64,000 nucleotides of DNA from an uncultured Candidatus Peribacteria bacterium (lineage in GTDB: Bacteria; Patescibacteriota; Gracilibacteria; Peribacterales; Peribacteraceae), in assembly GCA_964488165.1 (NCBI GenBank), contig CAZATU010000003.1, positions 79,372 through 143,371 on the forward strand, given 5' to 3'. This document shows positions 18,532 to 28,186 of this stretch, piece by piece. Below the pieces are notes generated by a model. It was not told where the DNA came from and did not search any database. It worked only from the letters and a program-made list of their open reading frames with translations. The number at the start of each line of letters is the position of its first letter. Position 1 is the stretch's first letter. Position numbers and translations under genes: made by a program.

Positions 18532-18548
18532 GTTTCTCGCATCGCCGG

Positions 18549-18935
18549 TTACCAGCCCAAGAGCTTTTTCATTCTTGTGCCGAAGGTTTCGGCAGGCTTC
18601 ACGAGGCCGGTCTTCTGATCGTAGCTCGGCAAGCCTTCGATCTGCATGCCGGGATTCCACGTATGAAGATCGGCGATCGAAACCTGTTTTCCCTGCTCGC
18701 TATTGGCATAGAAGACAACAACACGCAGCTTGCCATCGGCATTGCGACGAACAACGGAAGGGCCTGCCGACACCATCGTCTGTTTGGTCTTTGAGAACAC
18801 CTGCAGTTGATGGTCCGCATCATCGACAGAGATAGTCCAACAATTCTCAGCCACCTGATGAAACCGCAGTGTGCAGGGCACAACTGGCTCGGCCTCGCCG
18901 TGTTCGGAATCTCCGGGAATAGATGGATCACGCAT
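18549..18935 (-). CDS. Hypothetical protein
   Basis: ORF directly downstream of the 640-aa Cys-rich protein gene. Start trimmed to MRDPSIPGD so that it does not overlap that gene. No motif recognised. Confidence 0.5.
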   Translation of the reverse strand: MRDPSIPGDSEHGEAEPVVPCTLRFHQVAENCWTISVDDADHQLQVFSKTKQTMVSAGPSVVRRNADGKLRVVVFYANSEQGKQVSIADLHTWNPGMQIEGLPSYDQKTGLVKPAETFGTRMKKLLGW

Positions 18936-18957
18936 ACAATATGGGGGAACAAAAGGC

Positions 18958-20880
18958 TTACCAGCTTCTCCAGGGCATCTCGATTTCATCGAGCGGAACG
19001 TCTTCGATAGATAACAGATGGCCGTCCTGCCCGCTTGCAGCCGGCGCCGGCTTGCGCTTGCGGATGCGCGCAATGACTAGAGAAAAGAGTGCCACCACTG
19101 TCAGGCCCGCAAGGCCTACAAGAAGAGGCTGCGGGTTGATCATGGAGAGCACGGAAGTCGACGGCGCGGCGTTGCGCATGAGCCCGCTGCCCGCCGAGGG
19201 CGGCTGCTGGCCATTCGCGGAGACCAAGACGACCTTCACGGCAATCTTGCAGCCGCTGCCGCAGTCGGTGCCACCGTCGCATTCTTCCTTGCCCTGGACG
19301 ATGCCGTCGCCGCAACGGGCCTTCCTGCACTCGTTCGTGCACATATCGTCGTTGATCGCGTTGGCGTCGTCGCATTCTTCCGCCAGCTGACGGATGCCGT
19401 CACCACAGAACACGGTGTGGCAGCCATTGGTACAGCCGTCGGTGTCGATCAGGTTGCCGTCATCGCAGTCTTCTCCGCGCTGAATAAATCCGTCGCCGCA
19501 CGACTGGAATTTGCAGAGCGCGGTGCAGGCGTCGGCGCTGCTTGTATTGCCGTCATCGCACTGTTCGCCCTGCTGCACGATGCCGTCGCCGCACGACGGG
19601 AGCTTGCAGGTATTGGTGCAGGCGTCGGTGTTCATTTGATTGCTATCGTCGCACTGTTCGCCCTGCTGCACGATGCCATCGCCGCACGCGGGGCTGCGGC
19701 AGGAATTGGAACAAATGTCCCCGTTGACGGCGTTGGCATCATCGCAATCTTCGCCGTATTGCACGATGCCGTCGCCGCAGGTCGGCGGGCGGCAGGCATT
19801 GCTGCACCCGTCATCGTTGATGCCGTTGCCGTCGTCGCACAGTTCCGGTGACTGCGTAAAGCCGTCGCCGCAGCCGGGTAAACGGCACGCAACGGTGCAG
19901 AGATCGGCGTTGTTCTCATTGCCGTCATCACACTGTTCGCCGTACTGGAGAATAGCGTCGCCGCAGCTGGGCATGGTGCAGTCGGCCGTGCAACCGTCAT
20001 TGGAGCTGCGATTGCCGTCGTCGCACTGTTCGCCGTACTGGAGGATGCCGTCGCCACACGCCGGACGCTTGCAGGCGTTGGTGCACATGTCCGCATCGAA
20101 TGTGTTTCCGTCGTCGCATTCCTCCCACGGCTGCAAAAAGCCATCGCTGCACCGCGAACTCAGGCAGAGAATCGTGCACGAGTCGGCACTGTTGCGGTTG
20201 CCGTCGTCGCATTCTTCGCCGCGATCGAGCTGGCCGTTGCCGCATTGAGGCGAATACTCGACGACATTCCCCTGCACTGCGGCTTGCTCCTGCGGACGTT
20301 GCACGGCTTGCGCCGCGGCGACCTGTGTTTGCTGTGTGCAGGCGGCGAGGAATTGCGACTCGCAGCCGCCGAAACAACCGTCGTCACCGCAGTCGGGTAC
20401 GGTGCAGATCTGGCCACATGCGGGCTGCTCCTTAAAGCGGAGCACGATGGCATTTTCATCGATTTCCTGGTCGTATTCACCGTACGCGTAATACTGCTGC
20501 GGTTCACAGGACTCGCCGATGGAAGGCGAAACGACGCCATCGCCGCAGAAGAGCTGGCGGCATTTGGCAGTGCAATCGCCGCTGCCGTTCCTGCCGAAGC
20601 CAGTGTCACACTCCTCCCCCTCCTCCATTTGGATCGTGGCGTCCCCGCAATGCGGCGGACGGGGAATGTCATCCTCGGAAAGCTGCACCGGGGGAGCAAG
20701 CTCCACGGGCGGACAGCCGGGCGTATTAATGGCAAGCCCGACGCATTCCATCTGGGCCGAGCCCATTGCGGCGAAGACGCTGAGCGTCACGCCGCCGAGG
20801 AGCACCAAGCTCACAACCGTGGACTGGCGCGATATGGCTCGGGAGGAAGTCATAAATCCAAGTAGTATAGCAAAGAACAT
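18958..20880 (-). CDS. Cys-rich-repeat type I membrane protein (11 tandem 31-aa repeats)
   Basis: Signal peptide, 11 repeats of CGDG.....E.CDD(G/A/S)N....D.C...C at exactly 31-aa spacing, then a TM helix (LLVGLAGLTVVALFSLVIA) and a ~45-aa cytoplasmic tail. Confidence 0.85.
   Translation of the reverse strand: MFFAILLGFMTSSRAISRQSTVVSLVLLGGVTLSVFAAMGSAQMECVGLAINTPGCPPVELAPPVQLSEDDIPRPPHCGDATIQMEEGEECDTGFGRNGSGDCTAKCRQLFCGDGVVSPSIGESCEPQQYYAYGEYDQEIDENAIVLRFKEQPACGQICTVPDCGDDGCFGGCESQFLAACTQQTQVAAAQAVQRPQEQAAVQGNVVEYSPQCGNGQLDRGEECDDGNRNSADSCTILCLSSRCSDGFLQPWEECDDGNTFDADMCTNACKRPACGDGILQYGEQCDDGNRSSNDGCTADCTMPSCGDAILQYGEQCDDGNENNADLCTVACRLPGCGDGFTQSPELCDDGNGINDDGCSNACRPPTCGDGIVQYGEDCDDANAVNGDICSNSCRSPACGDGIVQQGEQCDDSNQMNTDACTNTCKLPSCGDGIVQQGEQCDDGNTSSADACTALCKFQSCGDGFIQRGEDCDDGNLIDTDGCTNGCHTVFCGDGIRQLAEECDDANAINDDMCTNECRKARCGDGIVQGKEECDGGTDCGSGCKIAVKVVLVSANGQQPPSAGSGLMRNAAPSTSVLSMINPQPLLVGLAGLTVVALFSLVIARIRKRKPAPAASGQDGHLLSIEDVPLDEIEMPWRSW
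19246..20244 (-). repeat. 93-bp-period coding tandem repeat array (11 units)
   Basis: The first Cys of successive repeats falls at residues 213, 244, 275 ... 523 of the 640-aa protein, a strict 31-aa (93-nt) period. This is a coding repeat, not a CRISPR. Confidence 0.85.
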
Positions 20881-20902
20881 CGAATTCTGCTCTTGGATAC
20901 TC

Positions 20903-20931
20903 TTGTCAAATTATCATGACAGTGGTAGAAT
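20903..20931 (+). promoter_or_regulatory. Sigma70-like promoter candidate for the response-regulator gene
   Basis: TTGTCA (20903-20908), 17-nt spacer, TAGAAT (20926-20931). This implies the GTG at 20932 is not the start and favours ATG 20983. Confidence 0.5.
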
Positions 20932-20982
20932 GTGAAGTTGGATCGGGTAGAGAGCACCGCACCCCCGTCCTCACCAACACCC

Positions 20983-21372
20983 ATGGCCAAAGGAACACTC
21001 ATCATCGCGGAAGACGACATGGCTCTCCGAAACCTCTACATGAAGAAGTTCGGACTCTCGGGCTATAACCTCAAAACGTGTGAAAACGGCCAGGAGGCAC
21101 TGACTGCCCTCCAGACGATCACGCCGGATATTCTCGTGCTCGACATCCACATGCCGGTGATGGACGGCTTCACCGTGTTGCAGAACCTTCCGCCCCCGGG
21201 GCAGCGCCCGTACGCCGTGCTGATGCTCACGAACTTCAGCGACCCGAAGGCGTTCGAACAGGGCAAAGCGCTCGGCGCAGACGGCTTCTTTGTGAAGAAG
21301 GATATGAGCATCCGCAAATTAGTCGAGATGGTCGATGCGCTCATGCTGCAGAAGCGCCAGGGGCAAAGCTAA
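20983..21372 (+). CDS. Stand-alone response regulator receiver (CheY-like REC) protein
   Basis: LIIAEDD...DILVLDIHMPVMDGF...LMLTN...GADGFFVKK. No output domain. Confidence 0.85.
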   Translation: MAKGTLIIAEDDMALRNLYMKKFGLSGYNLKTCENGQEALTALQTITPDILVLDIHMPVMDGFTVLQNLPPPGQRPYAVLMLTNFSDPKAFEQGKALGADGFFVKKDMSIRKLVEMVDALMLQKRQGQS

Positions 21373-22535
21373 AGGCCGATGCGCGCAAGCATGCGCGCGA
21401 ACCAGCGCAGCGATGGAGGGCTGGTGAGCGGCTCACTACTGAGGATATCGCCGCGAAGGGCTTCGCGCATTTTGGTGACGGCGATGCTGGAGGATGACTC
21501 GACGAGCACGTTCACCTCGCCCATGTCATCGAGGGAAGAGGTCATCAGGTTGGCCGAGCCGAGGAACAGCGTCGAGCGATCGACCAGGATCACTTTGCCG
21601 TGGACGATCCTCGGGTAGAGCAGCAACTGCAACTTCCCCGGTGCGCCTTCGGCGATCAGCCGCGCCATGGACTGGAGATTGGCATGGTGATGCAAGTCGA
21701 CGCTTTTCGGCATGATGACGACTACACGCAGGCCTTCTTTGCTCCGGCGTATGAGCAAATCGATCACTGCGGCGTCGCTAACGTAACAATGCTCCACGAC
21801 GATGGATTCCCTGGCATGTTCGAGGAGGCGCATCACGGTGGGGCGGATGCTCTTTCGCACCTCGGTATTCATGATGAGGCGCACCGCGCCGTCGCCTCCC
21901 CGGTCCGAACGCTTCAAGAATTGCTCCACGAATTGTTCGCCACGCAGCTCCACGAGGTAGTCGTGCCAGTCGTAGCGATATTCATCGGAAATGTTCATGC
22001 CCGCGAGCAGCAAAATGGACCCGTCGATGATGTAGACCTTGGTGTGATCGTTGTGCTTGGCGTAGACGACTTCGATATTCGGATGCGACCAGAACCGCTT
22101 CCATAAGGGCAAATCGCTTGTGCGAGTGCCGAGGAAATCCTCGTGGAATTCGAAGAAATCGCCGATGACCTCTTTCATCAAACTCACTTTGACGCCGCGG
22201 TCGGCGGCTTCGAGGAGCACCGAGGCGATGCGTTGGCCGGTGCTGTCGTCCTTCCAGATGAACATCTGGATGATGATGGTGTGGCGCGCGCGGCGCAGCA
22301 GGAGTTCGATGCGCGGGAACGCCTCCTGGCCGTCGACCCATACGCGCACGGGAGGCCGCTGGACGATGCGTCCGACGTGCTCGGACTGCAGCACCACCTC
22401 CATGCGGATGCGGTAGAACAGGCGCAGGAAGCTCACCATCCGCTGACCCTTGCGGCCGAAGAGATAGCGCGAGAGGAACCGCGCGATGGTGCGCACATGA
22501 CGCTGCTGCCAGAACCACAGATTGGCCATGTGCAC
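21369..22535 (-). CDS. Phospholipase D family protein (cardiolipin synthase-like), two HKD motifs
   Basis: HTKVYIIDGSILLLAGMNISDEY and HGKVILVDRSTLFLGSANLMTSS, both HxK(x)4D. Confidence 0.85.
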   Translation of the reverse strand: MHMANLWFWQQRHVRTIARFLSRYLFGRKGQRMVSFLRLFYRIRMEVVLQSEHVGRIVQRPPVRVWVDGQEAFPRIELLLRRARHTIIIQMFIWKDDSTGQRIASVLLEAADRGVKVSLMKEVIGDFFEFHEDFLGTRTSDLPLWKRFWSHPNIEVVYAKHNDHTKVYIIDGSILLLAGMNISDEYRYDWHDYLVELRGEQFVEQFLKRSDRGGDGAVRLIMNTEVRKSIRPTVMRLLEHARESIVVEHCYVSDAAVIDLLIRRSKEGLRVVVIMPKSVDLHHHANLQSMARLIAEGAPGKLQLLLYPRIVHGKVILVDRSTLFLGSANLMTSSLDDMGEVNVLVESSSSIAVTKMREALRGDILSSEPLTSPPSLRWFARMLARIGL

Positions 22536-22630
22536 AGCCTACGGCAGCCGAAAGAAACGCGCTCGTGGAAATATTGCTGCAAAAAGGCATTTATGCTATA
22601 ATTCTCAGAACATTCCGAACATCCACACCC

Positions 22631-25630
22631 ATGCCTCCCCAAACACCTTCTTGGCTTACCGGACGCACGGGAACCGCTCTCGCCACGGGTGCGCTCGCGG
22701 TGATCATCGGCGTGGCGGGCCGCAGCATGCTCAGCGCCTCCGTGAGCACGCCGTTTCCGGATGTTCCCGACAACTACCCGTACCTCCAGGCGATTAACTT
22801 CGTCCGCAAGAACGAGGTGATGACGGGGCATGACGACGGCACGTTCCGACCGAACGTATCGCTGCAGCGCATCGAACTCGTCAAAATCGTGATGACGCTC
22901 AACAGCACAACGGATCAGCGCTTCGCATGCACCGAACGCATGCGCGCCGAGCCCGTGCCCTTCAACGACATCCAAACGGAACGCGGCATCTGGTACTGGC
23001 CCTATCTGTGCCTGGCGCACGAACGCGGGATCATCAACGGCTATCCCGACGGTTCGTTTAAGCCCACGAAAGCCGTCTCGTTCGCCGAGCTTTCAAAGAT
23101 CGTCGCCAAGGCGTTCGGCATCGAACCGATCGTCGTGGTAGAAGACGATGCGCCGTGGTACGCCCGCCCGATGCAGGCTCTCTACGACCACGATCTCGTG
23201 CCTCCGACGGTCCAGGAGCCAGCCGTACCGGTAAGCCGTGGCGAAACCGCCGAAGTGCTCTACCGCATTCTGAAGCAAGCGGCAGATGGGCGGGTCGGCG
23301 ACGAGGGCTGGCACGGCGCGGCGCCAAGCCAACAGGGAGACGTGGAAACCACATCGTTCGATTTCGGCGAGTGGGCCTCGCGCTTCAGCTGGACGCAGCC
23401 CGAACCCAAAGGCCTGCGACCGATTCGCGGAGCGACGTCGAGCGCCAGCATTTACCTGGAAGACGAGGATTCGAGCAGCAGTTCGGATGATGACGAGAGC
23501 TCTTCCAACGGCAGCGACGGTAATTCTTCGGGCTCATCCCAGCGTTCCTCGAACGATTCTTCGGATGACGATGGCGGAAGTTCGTCCTCCAGCAGGAGCA
23601 CGAGCGGTGGCACGACGAGCGGCTCCCTCAGTAGGACAACGACGAGTAGCAGGACCTCCGTTTCCAGCACCCGCAGCACCACACGCTCTGCGTCGTCTGA
23701 TGGGCAAACGTCATCGTCCGACAGCAGTGACAATTCATCGACGTCCGACAGCAGTGACAATTCGTCAACGTCGTCCGATGCGACGTCCTCGGCGACATCA
23801 AGCTCCGTCAGCAGCTTCCCCGTCAATCGCTACCCCGCGACCTACGAGGCTATTTCGTACGATGAAGTGCGTGACCGCAAATTCTTCTTCCGCGATATGA
23901 ACGGCGGCGATGAGGCCTTCTCGACCTTCTTCAGCATCTATGGGTTCCTGCCAAACGTGGTCAGCAGCGACCCGGGCTTCCTGCCCGAAAGCAACGGCAC
24001 GTTCAGCGCGGAAACCCTCGACCGCTGGGAATGGTTCATCCGCGACAATGCAGAGTTCTTCGGCATCGATGACCCGGGCCGGTTCCACTTTGACGACGTC
24101 ACTCCGGGGAAGAACCTCTACGTCGCCTCCGATCCGGCATTCCCCTTCCAGCTGCCGTTTGCAGGGCAATATAACCCATTCGGCTCACTGCGGCTCCAGG
24201 CGCAAGTGCGGTATGACGGCACAAGCGAACGCCGCGTAGCAGTCGTCACCGGGCACTGGTGGCCGGAAGCCGGGTTCCCGAACCCGCGCTTTACGTTCGA
24301 CGCCGTTGCAGAACGTCTCATCGACAAGGAGATTCGCTTGATCGTTACAGTGCGATCGTCGAAAGTCCTCGTCGACGGCCAGGTGCAAAGCTCGTCGCAA
24401 GCCTGGGGCTATGGCGGCATGGAGGATAATCCCCTCGCCCGGTGGACGCCGTGCGACCCTCCGGCATGGTGCCCTGAACCGGAGCCCTACGAATGGTGGG
24501 ATGACATCCAGCCTGAAGATCTCACGGTGAACCTCATGTACATGGGCTTCATCCCCCAGCAGGGGTTCAATATCCGGCACGAGGACACCAAGCTCGAATT
24601 GCGCCTCGTACACCGCGTCACGTTCCGCCGTGATCTCGGCGACGGCGTCACCGTGATGTTCACCAAGTACTACGACGCGATCCAAGGGAACGAGCTCAAG
24701 ATTCCCGTCATGTGCCCCGCGCAGGAGCGCGTCTGGCCGGAGCAAAACGGCTTCGATCCTTCCGCGCTCGACAAGCCGACGGAAAACCCCGACCAGGACA
24801 TCGAGGGCTACCCGAAGCCTCTGACCAGCAACCATCGACTGCAGCCCCCGGATGATCCGGAATCGTGGCAGGGGCTCAGCATCGAAGAGTTGATCGACCG
24901 GCGCAAATGGGAATTCATCGACCGCAACCCGGACGTGTCGTTCGACCTCATCGACATGGATTCCAGCGGCATCATCCGCCAACTCGTGACCCGCGACCCG
25001 CGCTTCGTGCAGGACGTCGACGACGACGTTCCCGAGTATCCCCTGGAATGGTCGCAGATCGACTTCAACGGCGGCGAACAGGGAGAATGGCGTGCACTCC
25101 TCGAAGACAACGCCGAATTCTTCGGCCTGGAACGGGGCTTCGGCATGCGGCACATCAGCCACTGCCCGGCGCCGATGGACACGATCTTCGGGCGCTCGCC
25201 GCGCTCGCTCGACATCGGCTACGAAATCGACGGCGGGTTCGATTTGGCGCTGCGCATGATGCCGACGTCGACCCCCTCACCAAAAATGTTCTACGCCTCG
25301 GGAGGGCCCAGGGTAACGAAAATGTCCGGGCTCTACAGCACAGGCCAGATGAGCCGGAAGATGGTTGCAACCCTCACGATGGCCTTTTACCCCGATGCTT
25401 CGCTGCCGCGCAAGCCGGTGCTCGCCCGTTGGGAGATCGAAGATCGCTTCCGCGATTTCATCCCCATGGACAACCTACAAATCCGCCTTGGGCCGATGTT
25501 CGTGTGGAGCGGCGGGCAGAATGCGCTGCGCCTTGTGTATGCGGTTGGCACGCACTTCGATGATCGGTCGCCCATGGGCCTCTGGGAATGGATCATTGAC
25601 GCCATGACCGGTGAAGAGCTCACGCAGTAA
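22631..25630 (+). CDS. Large SLH-domain surface protein with Ser/Thr/Asp-rich linker
   Basis: Signal anchor. SLH repeats (FPDVPDNYPYLQAINFVRKNEVMTGHDDGTFRPNVSLQRIELVKIV; ...ERGIINGYPDGSFKPTKAVSFAELSKIV). A ~120-aa S/T/D-rich linker, then a ~600-aa C-terminal region with no recognisable motif. Confidence 0.85.
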   Translation: MPPQTPSWLTGRTGTALATGALAVIIGVAGRSMLSASVSTPFPDVPDNYPYLQAINFVRKNEVMTGHDDGTFRPNVSLQRIELVKIVMTLNSTTDQRFACTERMRAEPVPFNDIQTERGIWYWPYLCLAHERGIINGYPDGSFKPTKAVSFAELSKIVAKAFGIEPIVVVEDDAPWYARPMQALYDHDLVPPTVQEPAVPVSRGETAEVLYRILKQAADGRVGDEGWHGAAPSQQGDVETTSFDFGEWASRFSWTQPEPKGLRPIRGATSSASIYLEDEDSSSSSDDDESSSNGSDGNSSGSSQRSSNDSSDDDGGSSSSSRSTSGGTTSGSLSRTTTSSRTSVSSTRSTTRSASSDGQTSSSDSSDNSSTSDSSDNSSTSSDATSSATSSSVSSFPVNRYPATYEAISYDEVRDRKFFFRDMNGGDEAFSTFFSIYGFLPNVVSSDPGFLPESNGTFSAETLDRWEWFIRDNAEFFGIDDPGRFHFDDVTPGKNLYVASDPAFPFQLPFAGQYNPFGSLRLQAQVRYDGTSERRVAVVTGHWWPEAGFPNPRFTFDAVAERLIDKEIRLIVTVRSSKVLVDGQVQSSSQAWGYGGMEDNPLARWTPCDPPAWCPEPEPYEWWDDIQPEDLTVNLMYMGFIPQQGFNIRHEDTKLELRLVHRVTFRRDLGDGVTVMFTKYYDAIQGNELKIPVMCPAQERVWPEQNGFDPSALDKPTENPDQDIEGYPKPLTSNHRLQPPDDPESWQGLSIEELIDRRKWEFIDRNPDVSFDLIDMDSSGIIRQLVTRDPRFVQDVDDDVPEYPLEWSQIDFNGGEQGEWRALLEDNAEFFGLERGFGMRHISHCPAPMDTIFGRSPRSLDIGYEIDGGFDLALRMMPTSTPSPKMFYASGGPRVTKMSGLYSTGQMSRKMVATLTMAFYPDASLPRKPVLARWEIEDRFRDFIPMDNLQIRLGPMFVWSGGQNALRLVYAVGTHFDDRSPMGLWEWIIDAMTGEELTQ
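23461..23816 (+). repeat. Low-complexity Ser/Thr/Asp-rich coding region with a 27-bp tandem duplication
   Basis: SSSSDDDESSSNGSDGNSSGSS...SSDSSDNSSTSDSSDNSSTSS. Units tccgacagcagtgacaattcatcgacg (23717-23743) and tccgacagcagtgacaattcgtcaacg (23744-23770). Confidence 0.85.
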
Positions 25631-25696
25631 AACCGTCCCGTGCGCATCGCAAGCGAGTCACAGACGCATCCTTCCCCCTCCTGCTAGGATACACCC

Positions 25697-28177
25697 ATGC
25701 AATTCCAGATTGCCGCAATCGCCGCTCTTGTCGCCGCCATCGTAGGCGGGGCCATCGGCATACTGCGCTTCCTGGCCGATCGCAAGCGCGAGGAGGACAT
25801 GGTGTGCCTGCAATTGCTCGTACCGAAGAAAGTGACGCGCGAGGAAAAGGATGAGGAGAGCGATCAGTACGGCAAGGACTTCAAGGAGGTCACGGGCGTG
25901 ATGGACCACCTCTTCCAATCGGCGCACAGCATTTGCGAGGGGTCGCTCTCGAGGCTCTGGAAGGGGCAACCGTTCTTCTCGCTCGAATACGCAGCGATGG
26001 AGGGAGAAATCCTCTTCTTCGCGGTGTGTCCACGCTCAATCGCGGCCACCCTCGAAAAGCATTTTACGTCGTTCTACCCGGAATGCCTCGTGGAAGAAGT
26101 CGAGGATTACAACATCTTCACTCCGCAGTCGGTCGTTGCCGCATGCACGCTCGCCCCCTCGGGGACCTATGAAAAAGTCTTCAAGACATACCAGCACATG
26201 AAGAGCGACCCGCTGAATGCCATCACCAACGCGTTCTCCAAGATCCGCAGGGACGAAGGCGCGGCCGTGCAGTTCGTGCTGCGCCCCCAAGTCGGCACCT
26301 GGCAGCACCGCGTGCAGAAGGAGGCGATCAACCTCCTCAATCCCAAAAAGAAACGTGGCAACGGTTCCATCTTCAACCCGCTCTACTGGGTACGCGCCGT
26401 CTTCGAGTTGATTACGGCCTCCGGCGACGTCGTCGATCTTTCGGCCCAAGACCAGCCCACGAGCGAACGTGTTTCCCAGATGCTTGAGGAATACAGCAAG
26501 GCGGTGGATGAAAAGGCGTCGACACCGGGCTTCCAGTGTACCGTGCGCATCGTGGCCTCAGCGCCCACCCAGGCACGCGCCGACGGCATTCTCGACGGCA
26601 TCGTGGGCTCCTTTGGCCAATTCACGGAAGTGCGCGGCAACGGCTTCCGCCGGGTGCGCTTCTCAAGCAAGCGCTCGATCATCGATCGCTACCTGCGCCG
26701 CACCCCCCATCGCACATTCCGTCAGCGCCTGCAGTTCCCGGCGATGCTGCTCGGTACAAACGAGCTCTCGAGCTTCTTCCATCTGCCGCACATCAAGTAC
26801 AACAAGGCCGACACGATCAAGTGGCAGAATTTCAAACTCGCCCCCGCCCCCAAGAATATTCCCGAGGAGGGCTTGTTCCTCGGCTACAACACCTACCGCG
26901 GCGAAAAACGGCTCGTCAAAATGCACAACGAGGATCGCTTCCGCCACTTCTACATCATCGGACAGACGGGTACGGGTAAATCCTCGATCCTCCAGCTCAT
27001 GGCACGCCAGGATTTCAGCCAGGGCAAGGGTGTGTGCGTGGTGGATCCGCACGGTTCACTCATCGACGACTTGATGCCGTATATCCCGCGCGAGCGCGCC
27101 GACGACGTCATCTACTTCAACCCGGCCGATACCGAGCGCCCGATGGGCTTGAACCTCCTCGAAGGCAAGTCCCCGGAGGAGCGCGACCTCATCGCCCTGG
27201 ACGCCATGAACATGATGGTGAAGATGTTCGGCGAGGAAGTGTTCGGCCCCCGCATCCAAGACTACTTCCGCAACGGGTGTCTCACGCTCATGGAAGACGA
27301 CGAAGAGGGCGGCGCCATCACCGACCTCGTGCGCCTCTTCACCGACGATGAATGGCAGAAGTACAAAGTTTCCAAGGTGAAAAACCCAATCGTAAAATCC
27401 TTTTGGACGAACCAAATGGCAAAAACCGGCCAGCGCGAGAAGCAGGAGATGATCCCCTACTTCGCCGCGAAGTTCGGACAGTTCTACACCAACACACTGA
27501 TGCGCAATATCGTCGGCCAGACGCGCAGCTCCTTCGACGTGGCACAGTGCATGAATGAAGGGAAGATCTTGCTGATGAACCTCTCGAAAGGTCTCATCGG
27601 CGACATCAACTCGACGCTGCTGGGCATGATCGTGGTCAACAAGATCCAAGTGGCCGCCATGCGCCGCCAGCGCGAGGACGTTTCGACCCGCAAGGATTTC
27701 TTCCTGTACATCGACGAATTCCAAAACTTCGTCACGCAATCCATCGAATCGATCCTCTCCGAGGCTCGCAAATACCGCCTCGGGCTGATCCTGGCGCACC
27801 AATACATCGACCAGCTGGAAAAGGAGAGCAAGCTGTCTGGCTCCGTGAGTCTCAAGGGCGCAATCTTCGGTAACGTCGGCTCCATGATGTTCTACAAAAT
27901 CGGCCCGCAGGACGCCGAAGTGGGCGCCAAGGAAATGGGGCCCGTCTTCAGCGAACAGGATCTCGTGAACATGGACAAGTTCAAGGGCGCCATGAAGCTC
28001 TGCATCGACGGCCAGCCCTCGCGCCCCTTCACAATCGAAGTACCGCGCCCCTGGCTCGACACCACTTACGTCAAGGACAGCCAGGCCGCCGAAGCGTTCA
28101 AGCAGCTCTCGCGCCTGAAGTACGGCAGGCAGAAAGATTTCGTCAGCCGCGAAATCCTGCGGCGCATCGGCGCGTAA
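25697..28177 (+). CDS. VirD4/TraD/TraG-like P-loop ATPase (type IV coupling-protein family) with N-terminal TM helix
   Basis: Walker A YIIGQTGTGKSSIL. GVCVVDPHGSL. Walker B FFLYIDEFQNF. ...GLILAHQYIDQL. N-terminal hydrophobic helix. Confidence 0.75.
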   Translation: MQFQIAAIAALVAAIVGGAIGILRFLADRKREEDMVCLQLLVPKKVTREEKDEESDQYGKDFKEVTGVMDHLFQSAHSICEGSLSRLWKGQPFFSLEYAAMEGEILFFAVCPRSIAATLEKHFTSFYPECLVEEVEDYNIFTPQSVVAACTLAPSGTYEKVFKTYQHMKSDPLNAITNAFSKIRRDEGAAVQFVLRPQVGTWQHRVQKEAINLLNPKKKRGNGSIFNPLYWVRAVFELITASGDVVDLSAQDQPTSERVSQMLEEYSKAVDEKASTPGFQCTVRIVASAPTQARADGILDGIVGSFGQFTEVRGNGFRRVRFSSKRSIIDRYLRRTPHRTFRQRLQFPAMLLGTNELSSFFHLPHIKYNKADTIKWQNFKLAPAPKNIPEEGLFLGYNTYRGEKRLVKMHNEDRFRHFYIIGQTGTGKSSILQLMARQDFSQGKGVCVVDPHGSLIDDLMPYIPRERADDVIYFNPADTERPMGLNLLEGKSPEERDLIALDAMNMMVKMFGEEVFGPRIQDYFRNGCLTLMEDDEEGGAITDLVRLFTDDEWQKYKVSKVKNPIVKSFWTNQMAKTGQREKQEMIPYFAAKFGQFYTNTLMRNIVGQTRSSFDVAQCMNEGKILLMNLSKGLIGDINSTLLGMIVVNKIQVAAMRRQREDVSTRKDFFLYIDEFQNFVTQSIESILSEARKYRLGLILAHQYIDQLEKESKLSGSVSLKGAIFGNVGSMMFYKIGPQDAEVGAKEMGPVFSEQDLVNMDKFKGAMKLCIDGQPSRPFTIEVPRPWLDTTYVKDSQAAEAFKQLSRLKYGRQKDFVSREILRRIGA

Positions 28178-28186
28178 TCGCAGTGT

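Noticed and set aside
19246-20244. Regular ~93-bp periodic repeats considered as a CRISPR-like array
   Set aside because: The repeats are in frame and contiguous without unique spacers, and they encode the Cys-rich protein repeat. No cas genes are present.
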